This document shows positions 29,335-39,877 of a stretch of 64,000 nucleotides of DNA, in pieces (positions within the stretch are counted from its first letter, which is position 1; every line of letters begins with the position of its first letter). The notes under the pieces are model-generated. The model was not told the DNA's origin. It worked only from the letters and a program-made list of their open reading frames with translations, and made no database searches. This DNA comes from Fimbriimonadales bacterium (GTDB lineage: Bacteria > Armatimonadota > Fimbriimonadia > Fimbriimonadales > JABRVX01), in contig BTVI01000016.1 in the NCBI GenBank assembly GCA_045862955.1, positions 11,433 through 75,432 of the forward strand, read 5' to 3'. A program made the translations under genes and the position numbers.

Positions 29335-30624
29335 CTAGCCGCCGGGACGGCCCTGTTTCGCGAGAACCTCCAGGGCTTTCTGGAGCTGCGCATCCGTCGC
29401 ATCCTCCCCGAACACGTAATCCTTGCTTTGGGCAACCTCGACGTCTGGCGGCAAGCCGCCTCCAACGCGCTCACCGTTTGGCAGCGTCTTGCCGTTGATG
29501 TCGGTGTGATTCGGCGTGTAGTACCGAGCCGTGGTGATGGCGACGGCCGACCCGTTTCGCATGTCAATCAGCGTCTGCACCAAACCCTTTCCGAACGTCT
29601 TCTCGCCGACGATGGTGGCGACTCGGTGGTCCTTCAGCGCGCCTGCAACGATCTCCGAGGCGCTGGCGGAGTTCTTGTTCACCAATACCACCATCGGCGG
29701 TGGCGCAGCCCTGAACATGCCGGGGTCGGTGTAGATGGTCTTCTCCGGCTTGTCCCGCTCTTTGACGATAACAACGGACTTGCCATTCAAGAACTGGCCC
29801 GCGACAGCCACCGCCTGAGTGAGCAGCCCACCCGGGTCGTCTCGAAGGTCCAGCACTAGGGCGTTCATGCCTTTCGAGCGCAGGTCGGACAGGGCAGCCG
29901 CAAGAGCGTCAGAAGCCTTCTCGTTGAAATGAGAGAGGGAAACATAGCCGACTCTGCCCGCAGCGCCGCTCAGCATTCGATACTCGACGGTCGGCAGGTC
30001 CACTCTCGCACGAACGAGCCTGAAATCCTTCGTTTGCAGCTCGCCGTTGGTTCTTCGTTCGATTGTCAGCGTCACCGGCGTCCCCTCTTCGCCTCGGATC
30101 ATCCGGACGATGTCTTCGATGTCCATTCCGGCGACGGGCTTAGAGTCTACAGCGATGATCAGGTCGCCTGCCTTGATGCCGGCAGCCATACATGGGCTGT
30201 TGGGCAGGGGCCGCTTGACGATGGCTCCCAGCGGCGACGGATCCAGGGTGGCTCCGACGCCGACGTACTCTCCTGCCGTTTCCTTCTCCATCGCGCTCCA
30301 GGCCTCGGGGGTCATGAAACGCGTATACGGATCGCCTAGCCCACTCAGCATGCCCGAGATCGCGCTGTACGTGATCTGCGTCTCGTTCACGGGCTGGTAG
30401 TGGCGCTTCTGCAGCTCCTGCAGCGTGTCGCTATAGGTCTCTACCACGGGAATTCCCGCCGGAGAACGTCCGCTCCGCGCCACCAAACGGTCGGCAACGT
30501 GGGAGAAGTCTCTAATGAGCAGATCCGGGTCCGACAGACTCTGCCAGGCATAGCCTAGGACGAACGCGAAAACCGCGGCGAGCAGCACGACGACCGTTCG
30601 CATGATGCGTCGAGTTCCCTTCAC
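29335..30624 (-). CDS. S41 carboxyl-terminal processing protease (CtpA-like), catalytic motifs intact
   Basis: LGDPYT, PDZ domain, DLRDDPGG, SASASE, TFGKG. Confidence 0.93.
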   Translation of the reverse strand: MKGTRRIMRTVVVLLAAVFAFVLGYAWQSLSDPDLLIRDFSHVADRLVARSGRSPAGIPVVETYSDTLQELQKRHYQPVNETQITYSAISGMLSGLGDPYTRFMTPEAWSAMEKETAGEYVGVGATLDPSPLGAIVKRPLPNSPCMAAGIKAGDLIIAVDSKPVAGMDIEDIVRMIRGEEGTPVTLTIERRTNGELQTKDFRLVRARVDLPTVEYRMLSGAAGRVGYVSLSHFNEKASDALAAALSDLRSKGMNALVLDLRDDPGGLLTQAVAVAGQFLNGKSVVIVKERDKPEKTIYTDPGMFRAAPPPMVVLVNKNSASASEIVAGALKDHRVATIVGEKTFGKGLVQTLIDMRNGSAVAITTARYYTPNHTDINGKTLPNGERVGGGLPPDVEVAQSKDYVFGEDATDAQLQKALEVLAKQGRPGG

Positions 30625-32082
30625 CTACGCACGCCCCTTTCGCAGCAAGTCCACTGCCTTTCGCACCGCCGCATCGGTGCTCGGCGGTCCAATCTTCGCC
30701 GCCTCGGCCACCTCGACGTCGGGCTGCAGGCCGACGCCGGAGAAATCTAGTCCGCCTGCCGTGAAGTACTTGCCGGTCGGGATCACCAGAGATGCGCCGT
30801 CTTCCAGCCGTATGCGGTCACGGGCCATAGTGTCTCCAGCGGTCCGAGAGCCGACGATGGGAGCTTTGCTCTTTTCGCGAAGGGCAGCGGCCATCACCTC
30901 TGCCAGGCCTGCCGTTCCGCGGTTCGTGACGACGGCGATGGGTCCGGTCCACAGAGGCTCGCCGGCAGGTGTCCGCACAGGTGTGCGCTCCTCTGACCCC
31001 TGCTTGTTCTGCACCCGTGCCACCGTCGCGCTTCCCAGGAGCATTCCGGCCATCTGCAACATCTCCGCTCGCGAGCCTAGGCTGCAGTTCCGCACGTCTA
31101 TGACTAGTTGCGTCGCCTTCTTGTTTTTGAGCGAGTTGATAGCCGAGCGAAGCTGCGCGGGCGCGTCGGTGCTGAATGCCGAGATGCGAACGTAGCCGAC
31201 TGCCGCCCCGAGTTCCTCCCACGTGACGGCAGGGGCAGTGACGGATCCCGGGGTCACGGTCACCGATATGGGCTCCGTGCTGCCGGGCCTCTGCACTCGC
31301 AGTCGAAGCGGCTCTTTGCTCGTGGCCAGCAGTTCGAGGGCCTTCTCGGTCGTTAGCGCGGTCTTTAGTTTTGCCTCTAACGCCTCCGCCGCTGCATCGT
31401 ACTCCCTGCGCTGGATACGCTGGTTCCGTAATGCCGTGCGCTTCTGCAGCAGGTCGAGCGTCGCCATGTAGGAGATGACCCACTGGTCGTTGATGTAGTC
31501 CACTCGGTCCCCCGCGAGGAGACCGGCGCGGTCCGCCGGCCCCCCGGGCACTGGGGCGACGATGGTCACGTGCGTCTTCGTGATCGAGTCCTCGGTAAAG
31601 CCGATGTTCGAGGAGGTCTCGCCCTGATCCCGGACTTCTTTGATCAGTTTTGCCAACTCGGCGCGCTGAGCCGGATCGGTGACTGGCTCCTGAATGCGTT
31701 TCACGTCGATGACGGCTCCGATCCCTTCAAACTGCCCCGAGGCCTCGCGGTCCATGCGCTCTGCCTCTTCCGGAGTGACGAACCGGGTCAGCGGGTCCGA
31801 GAAGTAGGCTGCCATGCCTCGGAGCACGCCGTGGCTCAGGGGCGTCTGATCCTCGATCGGGTCCACGTAATGTGTCCTCACGTGCCGGAACACTTCGTAG
31901 AACAGGTCGAGCGGCGAGACAGACGGGGTGACGTCGAGACTGGCGTACCGACGGTCGGTCCCTGCCGGCCCGACGAGAGGTTTGGCGGGCCCGAAGTGGT
32001 TCCGCGCATACAGCCCGCCCGCAAAGCTGGCGAGAATCAGTGCGATCGGAGCAAGTCTCCAAAGGCTCGGTTTCGGCTTCAT
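30625..32082 (-). CDS. S41 protease homolog with degenerate catalytic motifs (probable pseudo-protease)
   Basis: Same architecture (DPLTRF, GIGA, PDZ, GYVRISAF, GLQPDVEV) but GTAGLAE and TAGDT replace SASASE and TFGKG. Confidence 0.85.
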   Translation of the reverse strand: MKPKPSLWRLAPIALILASFAGGLYARNHFGPAKPLVGPAGTDRRYASLDVTPSVSPLDLFYEVFRHVRTHYVDPIEDQTPLSHGVLRGMAAYFSDPLTRFVTPEEAERMDREASGQFEGIGAVIDVKRIQEPVTDPAQRAELAKLIKEVRDQGETSSNIGFTEDSITKTHVTIVAPVPGGPADRAGLLAGDRVDYINDQWVISYMATLDLLQKRTALRNQRIQRREYDAAAEALEAKLKTALTTEKALELLATSKEPLRLRVQRPGSTEPISVTVTPGSVTAPAVTWEELGAAVGYVRISAFSTDAPAQLRSAINSLKNKKATQLVIDVRNCSLGSRAEMLQMAGMLLGSATVARVQNKQGSEERTPVRTPAGEPLWTGPIAVVTNRGTAGLAEVMAAALREKSKAPIVGSRTAGDTMARDRIRLEDGASLVIPTGKYFTAGGLDFSGVGLQPDVEVAEAAKIGPPSTDAAVRKAVDLLRKGRA

Positions 32083-32230
32083 CAACTTCGTAGGGTCTCC
32101 CTCTCTGCGCCCCGAGGAGGCGCAACGAAATGCTACAGCAGCAACGCTATCCTATACGCTATTTGGCGGCTTCGCTGCTGCGGCTCGCCTCCCGAGAACG
32201 AGCGTACCGGTGGCGTGCACCTTGCTAGGT

Positions 32231-32752
32231 TCATTGTGACAGCGCGACCAACAGCCCCGCGATGGTCTTTGCATCGCGAATCTCCCCGCTGCGGATCATT
32301 TCCATAACCCGGTGCGCCGGCACCGGCTGCAGCTCCACCCGCTCGTCGCTGTCCAGCTTCTGCGCGCCCGGCTGCAAGTCGTGCGCTTCGTACACGATGA
32401 GGCGTTCACTCGAATAGCCAGGCGCGAGGAACTGCTCGAACAGCCGTGTCATCGTACCTGCCGAGTATCCGGTCTCTTCTACCAGTTCTCGTCGTGCGCA
32501 CTCGTCGGGGTTCTCACCCTTCTCCCGCGTGCCTGCAGGTATTTCCAGCAGTACCTGGTCGACGGCACGCCGATACTGCCGGACCATGAGTACGGTTTCG
32601 GGGTCCACGAACGGAACGATTGCCACTGCCCCCTCGTGTGCGACCACCTCGCGTGTAGTGACCGAGCCGTCGGCCAGGCGCACCGTGTCCAACCGCAACG
32701 TGACCACGCGGCCGGAGAATATGGTCTCCGAGGAGATCAGCGTCTCGCGCAT
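32231..32752 (-). CDS. nudF: NUDIX hydrolase, ADP-ribose pyrophosphatase-like
   Basis: EIPAG...ARRELVEETGY Nudix box, VRQYR, IRDAKT. Confidence 0.85.
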   Translation of the reverse strand: MRETLISSETIFSGRVVTLRLDTVRLADGSVTTREVVAHEGAVAIVPFVDPETVLMVRQYRRAVDQVLLEIPAGTREKGENPDECARRELVEETGYSAGTMTRLFEQFLAPGYSSERLIVYEAHDLQPGAQKLDSDERVELQPVPAHRVMEMIRSGEIRDAKTIAGLLVALSQ

Positions 32753-32754
32753 CG

Positions 32755-33147
32755 CTATACTCCACACTCCGGCAGCCCGAAGTCCGCCCTCGCGCGCCGC
32801 AGCACCACCGCCGCACGGTGAACCACTACCTTTGCAGGCGGGTGCAGCTTGCCAACCGTCACCTCGACCTCCGATATCCGACCGTCGTCCCGCAAGATAC
32901 GCTCGGCTATTGTCTCGGCTAGCCTCTCTAGGAGAGCGAATCGTTCGCTCGTCCCAATCTCGACAACGAGCCGGGCGAGCTTAGAGTAGCTGACCGTGTC
33001 GGCGAGTCGGTCGGAAGAACACGCGGCCCGAAAGTCGCCGTATACGCTCAGGTCGGCCCAATATCTGTGGCCTACGCTGCGCTCTTCCTCCGAGACGCCA
33101 TGATGCGCGTAGAACTCGATACCCTCGATACGGATGTGGTCGCTCAC
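32755..33147 (-). CDS. folB: Dihydroneopterin aldolase
   Basis: FYAHHGVSEEE, SDRLADTVSY, FALLERLAETIA. Confidence 0.93.
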   Translation of the reverse strand: MSDHIRIEGIEFYAHHGVSEEERSVGHRYWADLSVYGDFRAACSSDRLADTVSYSKLARLVVEIGTSERFALLERLAETIAERILRDDGRISEVEVTVGKLHPPAKVVVHRAAVVLRRARADFGLPECGV

Positions 33148-33211
33148 CGCGCCATTCTACCTGTAGGTCCTACGCGTCCCGAAGGGCCCAGAATCGCGTA
33201 AGATCGCGCCA

Positions 33212-34060
33212 ATGGAAGTACTAGCCACCATTCGCGAGGTGCGGGCATGGGTGGCCGAGAAGCGCACGATAGGCCATCTGGTCGGCTTCGTGCCGACGAT
33301 GGGCGCTTTTCACGAAGGGCATCTGTCCCTGATGCGCCGGGCAGCGTCCGAGTGCGAGGCGGTACTCGTGAGCATCTTCGTCAACCCCACCCAGTTCGGG
33401 CCCGGCGAGGACTACGAGCGCTATCCGCGAGACCTCGACCATGACCTTCGGCACGCGGAGAGCGTCGGGGTGACTGCGGTCTTTGCGCCCTCGGTGGAGG
33501 AGATGTATCCACCTGGTTCGGAGACCCGAGTACTGCCCGGGAGGCTGGCGGAAGGACTTTGTGGGCCGTTCCGTCCCGGGCACTTTATCGGCGTGGCAAC
33601 CGTTGTGGCCAAGCTGTTCGGCATCTGCCTGCCGGACCGAGCCTATTTTGGCGAAAAGGACTTCCAGCAGTTGCGCATTATCGAGCAGATGACGGCCGAT
33701 CTCTGCCTGCCTGTGGCTATCGTGCGTTGCCCCACGGTGCGGGAGCCGGACGGCCTGGCTATGAGTTCGCGGAACGCTTATCTCTCTGCCGAGGAGAGGC
33801 GACAGGCGTCGGCGATCTATCGGTCTATCCAACGGGCGGCTGACATGGTGCGCAACGGTGAGCGCTCAGCGAGAGTCGTCGAGCAGATGGTGGAGCGCGA
33901 GATACGCGGCGAGCCGCTCTTCCACACCTTGGAGTACGCGCACGTGGTGGACCCAGTCACTCTCCAACGACTGGAGACGATAGAGGGTGAAGCGCGCTTG
34001 TGTGTTGCCGCTCGCATCGGCTCTACTAGACTGATAGACAACGGAGTGCTAGTTCCATGA
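33212..34060 (+). CDS. panC: Pantoate--beta-alanine ligase
   Basis: [46 protein letters not shown]. Confidence 0.97.
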   Translation: MEVLATIREVRAWVAEKRTIGHLVGFVPTMGAFHEGHLSLMRRAASECEAVLVSIFVNPTQFGPGEDYERYPRDLDHDLRHAESVGVTAVFAPSVEEMYPPGSETRVLPGRLAEGLCGPFRPGHFIGVATVVAKLFGICLPDRAYFGEKDFQQLRIIEQMTADLCLPVAIVRCPTVREPDGLAMSSRNAYLSAEERRQASAIYRSIQRAADMVRNGERSARVVEQMVEREIRGEPLFHTLEYAHVVDPVTLQRLETIEGEARLCVAARIGSTRLIDNGVLVP

Positions 34061-34470
34061 AGTCCCATACCGAGTACCTTTGGTTCGAGACCCCCAAGAG
34101 GCGGCAGTACATTCACATTACCGACAAGGTCGCAAAGATCGTGAAGCAGTCCGGCGTTCGAGAGGGGTTCGTCTTGGTGAGCGCGATGCACATCACCGCT
34201 TCGATCTACGTCAACGATCACGAGAGCGGGCTGATCCAAGACATTGACCGGTGGGTGGAAGAACTCGCTCCGGCCCGACCCGATTACCTGCACCACCGGA
34301 CCGGCGAGGACAACGGGGATGCGCACCTGAAGCGCCTCCTGCTGGGTCATCAAGTGATACTCCCTATCACCGACGGCGAGTTGGACCTCGGGCCTTGGGA
34401 GCGCGTGTTCTATGCGGAGTTCGACGGGCAGCGCCGCAAACGCGTAGTAGTGAAGGTGATCGGGGAGTAG
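34057..34470 (+). CDS. yjbQ: YjbQ / UPF0047 family protein
   Basis: [24 protein letters not shown]...EFDG. Confidence 0.9.
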   Translation: MKSHTEYLWFETPKRRQYIHITDKVAKIVKQSGVREGFVLVSAMHITASIYVNDHESGLIQDIDRWVEELAPARPDYLHHRTGEDNGDAHLKRLLLGHQVILPITDGELDLGPWERVFYAEFDGQRRKRVVVKVIGE

Positions 34471-34517
34471 AGGAACCTAATTTCCTATGCTATACTGCCG
34501 CTCTTGGAGACGAGCCT

Positions 34518-35696
34518 GTGCTATCTGAACGAGTCAACGCCATCCATGCATCGCCGACCCTCGCGTTGACCGCGCGCGTCGCAGAGCTGCGACGGAACGG
34601 CGCGGACGTTATTGCTTTCGGCGTGGGAGAGCCCGACTTCCCGACCCCCGAGCCCATCGGGCAAGCGGGCATCCAGGCCATTCGTGACGGTCACACCCGT
34701 TACACACCCTCGGCCGGGACGATGACGCTGCGCAAGGCAGTTGCAGAGAAGTTGCTGCGCGAGAACAAGGTGCGCTACGACCCGCACGAGGTGGTGATCT
34801 CGTGCGGTGCGAAGCATGCGATGTTCAATGCGCTGCTGGCGCTCTGCAACCCCGGGGACGAGGTGCTCTTGCCGTGCCCCTACTGGCCCACCTATGTGGA
34901 ACAGGTGCGCTTGTGCGGCGCGGTACCCGTCGAGGTTCCGTGTCACGAGGAAGACGGTTACCTTCCTAGCTACGATGCTCTGCGACAGCGTGTGTCCTAC
35001 CGCACCAAAGCTATCATCGTCAACACACCTAACAATCCGACCGGTGCAGTCTGGCCTCGCACGGTGCTCAAGGAGATCGCGGCGATAGCACTCAAGCATG
35101 ACTGTTGGATCATCGCCGACGAGATCTATGAACGCCTCGTCTATGAAAACGAGGAGCATGTTAGTATCGCATCTCTGAGTAGGCAGGTCTGGGAGAGGAC
35201 TGTGACAGTAGGTGGTGTCTCCAAGACCTATGCTATGACTGGCTGGCGCATTGGCTACGCGGCTGCTCCGCGCGAAGTCGCCGAAGCGATGAGCAAACTG
35301 CAGGACCAGATGACTAGCAATCCTAGCTCGATCTCGATGCGTGCAGCAGAGGCAGCGGTCGCAATGCCAGTGGAAGACTTGGAGCACATGCGCGAGGAGT
35401 ACGCTGAGCGGCGCGAGATACTGTATCACGGGTTGACCGAATGCCCGGGTGTTAACTGCCAGAGGACGAAAGGTGCGTTCTTTCTGTTCCCGTCCGTCCA
35501 TGGCGTGCTCGGAGGTTGCTTCGGTAGCACCGTGGAACTTGCCGAGTACCTGCTGGACCAAGCGGGCTGCGCCGTCCTCCCTGGAGAAGCGTTCGGGGCT
35601 CCCGGACACCTTCGGCTCAGCTACGCCCTGTCGAAACAAGATATCCAACGCGGAGTGCGACGCCTCAAAGAGGCGTTCGCGATGCTATCACCGTGA
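34518..35696 (+). CDS. Class I PLP-dependent (aspartate-type) aminotransferase
   Basis: GEPDF, NTPNNPTG, DEIYE, SKTYAMTGWRIGY; extended -10 TGCTATACT at 34488-34496. Confidence 0.93.
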   Translation: MLSERVNAIHASPTLALTARVAELRRNGADVIAFGVGEPDFPTPEPIGQAGIQAIRDGHTRYTPSAGTMTLRKAVAEKLLRENKVRYDPHEVVISCGAKHAMFNALLALCNPGDEVLLPCPYWPTYVEQVRLCGAVPVEVPCHEEDGYLPSYDALRQRVSYRTKAIIVNTPNNPTGAVWPRTVLKEIAAIALKHDCWIIADEIYERLVYENEEHVSIASLSRQVWERTVTVGGVSKTYAMTGWRIGYAAAPREVAEAMSKLQDQMTSNPSSISMRAAEAAVAMPVEDLEHMREEYAERREILYHGLTECPGVNCQRTKGAFFLFPSVHGVLGGCFGSTVELAEYLLDQAGCAVLPGEAFGAPGHLRLSYALSKQDIQRGVRRLKEAFAMLSP

Positions 35697-36367
35697 AGAA
35701 ACGCATCCCAATCAAGAACCACGATCTACTTCGCCAAGCGCTCACTCACCGGTCCTCGGTCGGTGAGAATACTCCTGCGTCGAATGAACGGCTGGAGTTC
35801 TTCGGCGACTCCGTGCTGGGCATGGTCATCTCCGAGTATGTGTTCCAACGGTTTCCATATTGGGACCAGGGGACGCTGTCTAAGGCCAAGTCCGCCATCG
35901 TACAGGAGTCGTCGCTGGCCGAAGCGGGCCGCCGACTGGGCTTGGACGAGATGGTGATCGTGGGAAGCGGTGAGGAGGCCGCTGGCGGGCGTCGCCGAAC
36001 GTCCATTCTTGCCGACGCGTATGAGGCGGTCGTAGGTGCCGTCTACCTCGACCGCGGTTTCAAGAAGGTGCATGACTTCGTGCTCGAGACTTTGGACTTC
36101 GCGCTGCAGCAAGTGGTATCCGGGGAAATGCAACTCATCGATGCGAAGTCGAAGCTGCAAGAGCTGACCCAGGCACGTTGGAGAAGCACTCCCGTCTACC
36201 GGGTTACGGCGGAGCACGGCCTGCCGCACGACCCGTCATTCGAGGTAGAGGTGCTCGTGAACGGGACCCCGTTGGGTTGCGGCTCGGGGGGCAGTAAAAA
36301 GGAAGCCGAGCAGGCTGCGGCGGCACAAGCCCTGTTGCGAATGGAGAACCCGTCGCTGGATGACTGA
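35693..36367 (+). CDS. rnc: Ribonuclease III
   Basis: ALTHRS, NERLEFFGDSVLG, ADAYEAVVGA, dsRBD with SKKEAEQAAA. Confidence 0.96.
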   Translation: MKKRIPIKNHDLLRQALTHRSSVGENTPASNERLEFFGDSVLGMVISEYVFQRFPYWDQGTLSKAKSAIVQESSLAEAGRRLGLDEMVIVGSGEEAAGGRRRTSILADAYEAVVGAVYLDRGFKKVHDFVLETLDFALQQVVSGEMQLIDAKSKLQELTQARWRSTPVYRVTAEHGLPHDPSFEVEVLVNGTPLGCGSGGSKKEAEQAAAAQALLRMENPSLDD

Positions 36368-36390
36368 CCCTCTGGTAGAATCCCAGCCAC

Positions 36391-37101
36391 GTGATGAATC
36401 CGGACGCCCTCAAGCAGGTATATGCCGTTCAGGAACTGGATACCCAGATCTCCCAACTCCGGTACCGACTGGATCGCCTCGACCGGGGCGAGCGTGAGCA
36501 AGCCGCAAGGGATCGGGCAGAAGCCGCTTTTCATGCCGCTGAACAGAGGCAGAAAGAACTCCACATGGAGCTCACAGACCGCGAACTCGAGTTGAAGTCC
36601 GTGGAGGAGAAGAAGAAGAAATTCGAGACCCGCCTTTTTGCCGGCACCATCCTCAACCCGAAAGAGCTGGACGCCACACAGAAAGAGGTGGAAGCCCTGG
36701 GCAGGCAGCGTGCGGCCCTAGACGACCGCATCTTGAGTCTATGGGACGAGATAGAGGCTGCGAAAGGAGCGGCGGCGGAAGCCAAGAGAGGGCTAGACGC
36801 CGCCGAAGCTTTTTTGGCAGCCAAATTGGCCGAGTACGAGGAGCAAAAGGGCAAGCTGGAGCGCGCGCTGGCCACTCTGGTGCAGAAACGAGCCGAGGCC
36901 GCTGCAGCAGTTGCACCCGACCTGCTCGAGCGCTACGAACGTTCGCGCAAGAGACACGACGGCGTGGGCATTGCGAAGGTACACGACGGCACTTGCGGAG
37001 TTTGCGGCATGGTGCTGCCGATGAGCACTCTCGAGGCGCTCCGCAGCGGTGAGCGGCTCGTCACCTGTGATGCGTGCGCGCGCATCTTGTATATGGAATG
37101 A
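36391..37101 (+). CDS. Coiled-coil protein with C4-type zinc ribbon (DUF164-like)
   Basis: Long coiled coil; CGVC and CDACARIL at the C-terminus. Confidence 0.88.
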   Translation: MMNPDALKQVYAVQELDTQISQLRYRLDRLDRGEREQAARDRAEAAFHAAEQRQKELHMELTDRELELKSVEEKKKKFETRLFAGTILNPKELDATQKEVEALGRQRAALDDRILSLWDEIEAAKGAAAEAKRGLDAAEAFLAAKLAEYEEQKGKLERALATLVQKRAEAAAAVAPDLLERYERSRKRHDGVGIAKVHDGTCGVCGMVLPMSTLEALRSGERLVTCDACARILYME

Positions 37102-37526
37102 GCACCGACAAGTTCGACGCCACACTCTTTACGGACGGCGCAAGCAAGGGGAATCCCGGTCCTGCATCCATCGGCGTACTGATCCAAGATGCAGAGGGAA
37201 TCACGTTGGCCGAAGTGTCGGAGCGCATCGGTAATGCCACGAACAACGAGGCTGAGTACACTGCTCTGATTCGCGGTCTGAAGGAGGCGAAACTGCTAGG
37301 TCTCAAGCGGATACGCTGGCTGACAGACTCCGAACTAGCGCATCGGCAGTGGACGGGGCAGTACAAAGTTCGATCGCCACGCCTGCAGGAGTTGTATTCC
37401 CAGGCCAAACTGCTCGCGTCGGATTTCGAGGCAGTGGTGCCCGAGCACGTGCTCCGAGAGAAGAACTCCAAGGCGGACGCACTGGCTAACTCGGCGTTCG
37501 AGAAGGACAGACGTGGTACCCGATGA
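37098..37526 (+). CDS. rnhA: Ribonuclease HI family protein
   Basis: TDGASKGNPG, TNNEAEY, DSEL, REKNSKADALAN. Confidence 0.9.
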   Translation: MSTDKFDATLFTDGASKGNPGPASIGVLIQDAEGITLAEVSERIGNATNNEAEYTALIRGLKEAKLLGLKRIRWLTDSELAHRQWTGQYKVRSPRLQELYSQAKLLASDFEAVVPEHVLREKNSKADALANSAFEKDRRGTR

Positions 37527-38088
37527 GGCTCTTGCCGAGCTGTTGGCGGGCAACGAGTGCTTCTGCACGGGCCGGCCACGTCGGTACGTGTACTCTGCGG
37601 CGGACCGTGCAGAGCTGTCACGAGGCCAACACCCCATTGCGTGTGTGCTCTGCTGCTCGGATGCGCGGGTGGCGCCGGAGGTGATATTCGATCAACCGCT
37701 GGGTGGGCTGTTCGTGGTTCGAACACCGGGCAACACCTCGAGCTCCGAGGCACTGGCTGGCTTCGAGTTCGCGCTGCAGAACCTGGGTGTAGGACTTTTC
37801 ATGGTGTTGGGTCACACGCACTGCGGCGCAGTAACTGCGGCGGTGGAGGGTCTCGTAGCGACGGGAGCGGTTGGCGGAGTCCTGCTACGGATTCAGCCTG
37901 CCGTGTATCGTGTACCAACCGACGCGCAGAACCGGGTTGCGGCAGTCGCAGAACAGAACGTCCGCGCTACCCTGGAGTCCTTGCAGACACAGAGTATGGC
38001 GCTGCGAGACGCAGTGCGATCGGGCAGGGCGAAACTGATAGGCGCCATGTACGATCTCGAGGGCGGCCGAGTGGCTGTCTTAGAGTAG
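37513..38088 (+). CDS. Beta-class carbonic anhydrase
   Basis: CSDAR and GHTHCGAV zinc-ligand motifs. Confidence 0.92.
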   Translation: MVPDEALAELLAGNECFCTGRPRRYVYSAADRAELSRGQHPIACVLCCSDARVAPEVIFDQPLGGLFVVRTPGNTSSSEALAGFEFALQNLGVGLFMVLGHTHCGAVTAAVEGLVATGAVGGVLLRIQPAVYRVPTDAQNRVAAVAEQNVRATLESLQTQSMALRDAVRSGRAKLIGAMYDLEGGRVAVLE

Positions 38089-38096
38089 TGTCCAGC

Positions 38097-39827
38097 TTAC
38101 TTCTCGCTGGGCAAGATGATGCCTCGCATGATCACGTTCTGAGCAAACATGAAGACTACCAGTGTAGGGATTGCCGCGAGCGTCAGGGCTGCCATAGTGA
38201 GGAACTTCGGAGCGCGCACCTGTAGCTGATAAAGCCACACCATAACCGTCCACATCCGCTGATCTTGACACACCAGAAACGCGTACATGAACGCTCCGTA
38301 GGCAGCCAAGAAGCTCTGTAGTGCTATGACCGCGAAGATGGGCTTGCTGAGGGGCATCGTGACGCGGCGGAACAGTGTTAGCTCGCCCGCACCGTCAATC
38401 GTGCCTGCTTCGTAGAGCTCCCGAGGCAAGCTGTCGAAGAATCCCTTCAGCAAGAAGATGGCGAAACCGTTGGCCATGCCGGGCAGCACCAGAGCCCAAT
38501 ACGTGTTGAGCATCCCCAGGGACTTGAGTAGCAGGAAGTTGGGGATCATCGCAACCTCGGCAGGGAATGCCATGGTGGCAAGAAGAAAGAGCAGAATTCG
38601 CCCGGTAGCACGCATGGGGAAGCGTGACAGCGCATAGGCGCACAGGGGGTTCACGATGAGATGGGTGACCACTACTGCTATACAGAAGAAGAGTGTGACC
38701 CATACCGCTCGCCCGTGCAAGAGGATGTAGTTCAGCACGTAGCGGTAGTTGCGCGTTGCGAAGTCCCATCGTAGAGCGCCGAGGTGCTTCTGCACGTAGT
38801 CCCATTCGTTCTGTGCGATGATATCCCCGATAGGCCTGTCTAACTCGGAACCTAACAGCGCGGCGAACCGATGCTCCAGCGTGTTAGGGCGCAAGGCCGC
38901 GAGTGGTGCCTCCTTGATGCGCTTTTCCAAAGCATCCCTCTGCAGTGGGTCGCGCAAGTCTACCCCTCGGTCGCAGCGCCGGAAGACGCCGTCCGGGCCT
39001 GCCATCAGAATATAGCGATAGGGAAGGCGCTCCCGCAGGCACCGCTCCCAGAGCTTCGCTGCGATGGGAGAGGACGGTGGAGTTTTGCCGAACGGAATCT
39101 GCTGGATGGACACGTAGTTCGTGCCCCAGGCCGCGTTGAGCTTCTCGACGCTGCTTTTGTATTCGCCGTTGAGCATCTCTTGCCACACACGGTCGCCACA
39201 GACCGGTATGCGGAAGTGGGCAGGCAGCGTCTGTTTGAACTGGAGCCAGTCCGCGGTCTTCTTATCGTCGCGGTGTTGGAAGTCGCGGCGATGAAGCTTC
39301 TCGAACGGCGGCTCAATGGTCTGCAGAACCGTGTTCTCTTCTCCATACTCGCGGTTCAGGCGCTCGAGATCGCCCCCGAACTCGACGCGGCAGTACTCCT
39401 GATATTTCTCGTTCAGAAGGCTGATCAACCGCTGTTGTGTGATGCGATATCCGATGTTGTAGTCCTCAGGGGGCAGTGTGGCCACGAACTGCCGCCATCG
39501 GCGCACCAAGTCGGGCGGCACGGACGCGGAGGGAGCTCTCAGGTTGGATGTGTTGGAGAGGGTGATCCCGTACGCATAGCCGATCTCCTCTGGGCTGTCG
39601 GCGTACTTGTCTTCGGCGAACTTCACGAAGACGCGCTCGGCGTCGGTCAGATATCTCGGCAAAAGGGTTTGCTCGTTCTGGTCCACCGCACTCGTCATTC
39701 CCTTGGTGACCATGACGAGGAATGGGTACACCATGGAGACGGCCCCGATGCTCAGCGCCACGTATAGTCCGGCAAGGACGAGCCGAACCTTCCATGACCG
39801 ACGACCGACCTTCGGGATGATTGGCAT
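38097..39827 (-). CDS. Carbohydrate ABC transporter permease (MalG-like) with a large extracytoplasmic insertion
   Basis: EAA loop ELYEAGTIDGA, YALSRF, PAEVAMIPNF; about 300 extra residues after the first TM. Confidence 0.85.
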   Translation of the reverse strand: MPIIPKVGRRSWKVRLVLAGLYVALSIGAVSMVYPFLVMVTKGMTSAVDQNEQTLLPRYLTDAERVFVKFAEDKYADSPEEIGYAYGITLSNTSNLRAPSASVPPDLVRRWRQFVATLPPEDYNIGYRITQQRLISLLNEKYQEYCRVEFGGDLERLNREYGEENTVLQTIEPPFEKLHRRDFQHRDDKKTADWLQFKQTLPAHFRIPVCGDRVWQEMLNGEYKSSVEKLNAAWGTNYVSIQQIPFGKTPPSSPIAAKLWERCLRERLPYRYILMAGPDGVFRRCDRGVDLRDPLQRDALEKRIKEAPLAALRPNTLEHRFAALLGSELDRPIGDIIAQNEWDYVQKHLGALRWDFATRNYRYVLNYILLHGRAVWVTLFFCIAVVVTHLIVNPLCAYALSRFPMRATGRILLFLLATMAFPAEVAMIPNFLLLKSLGMLNTYWALVLPGMANGFAIFLLKGFFDSLPRELYEAGTIDGAGELTLFRRVTMPLSKPIFAVIALQSFLAAYGAFMYAFLVCQDQRMWTVMVWLYQLQVRAPKFLTMAALTLAAIPTLVVFMFAQNVIMRGIILPSEK

Positions 39828-39877
39828 GTTGGCGTTCCGTAGCTGACCCGGACTGGACCCAGCTTCGGCGCGGAGTG

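Noticed and set aside
34521..35648. 375-aa minus-strand ORF
   Set aside because: Antisense to the aminotransferase, with no protein-family features.
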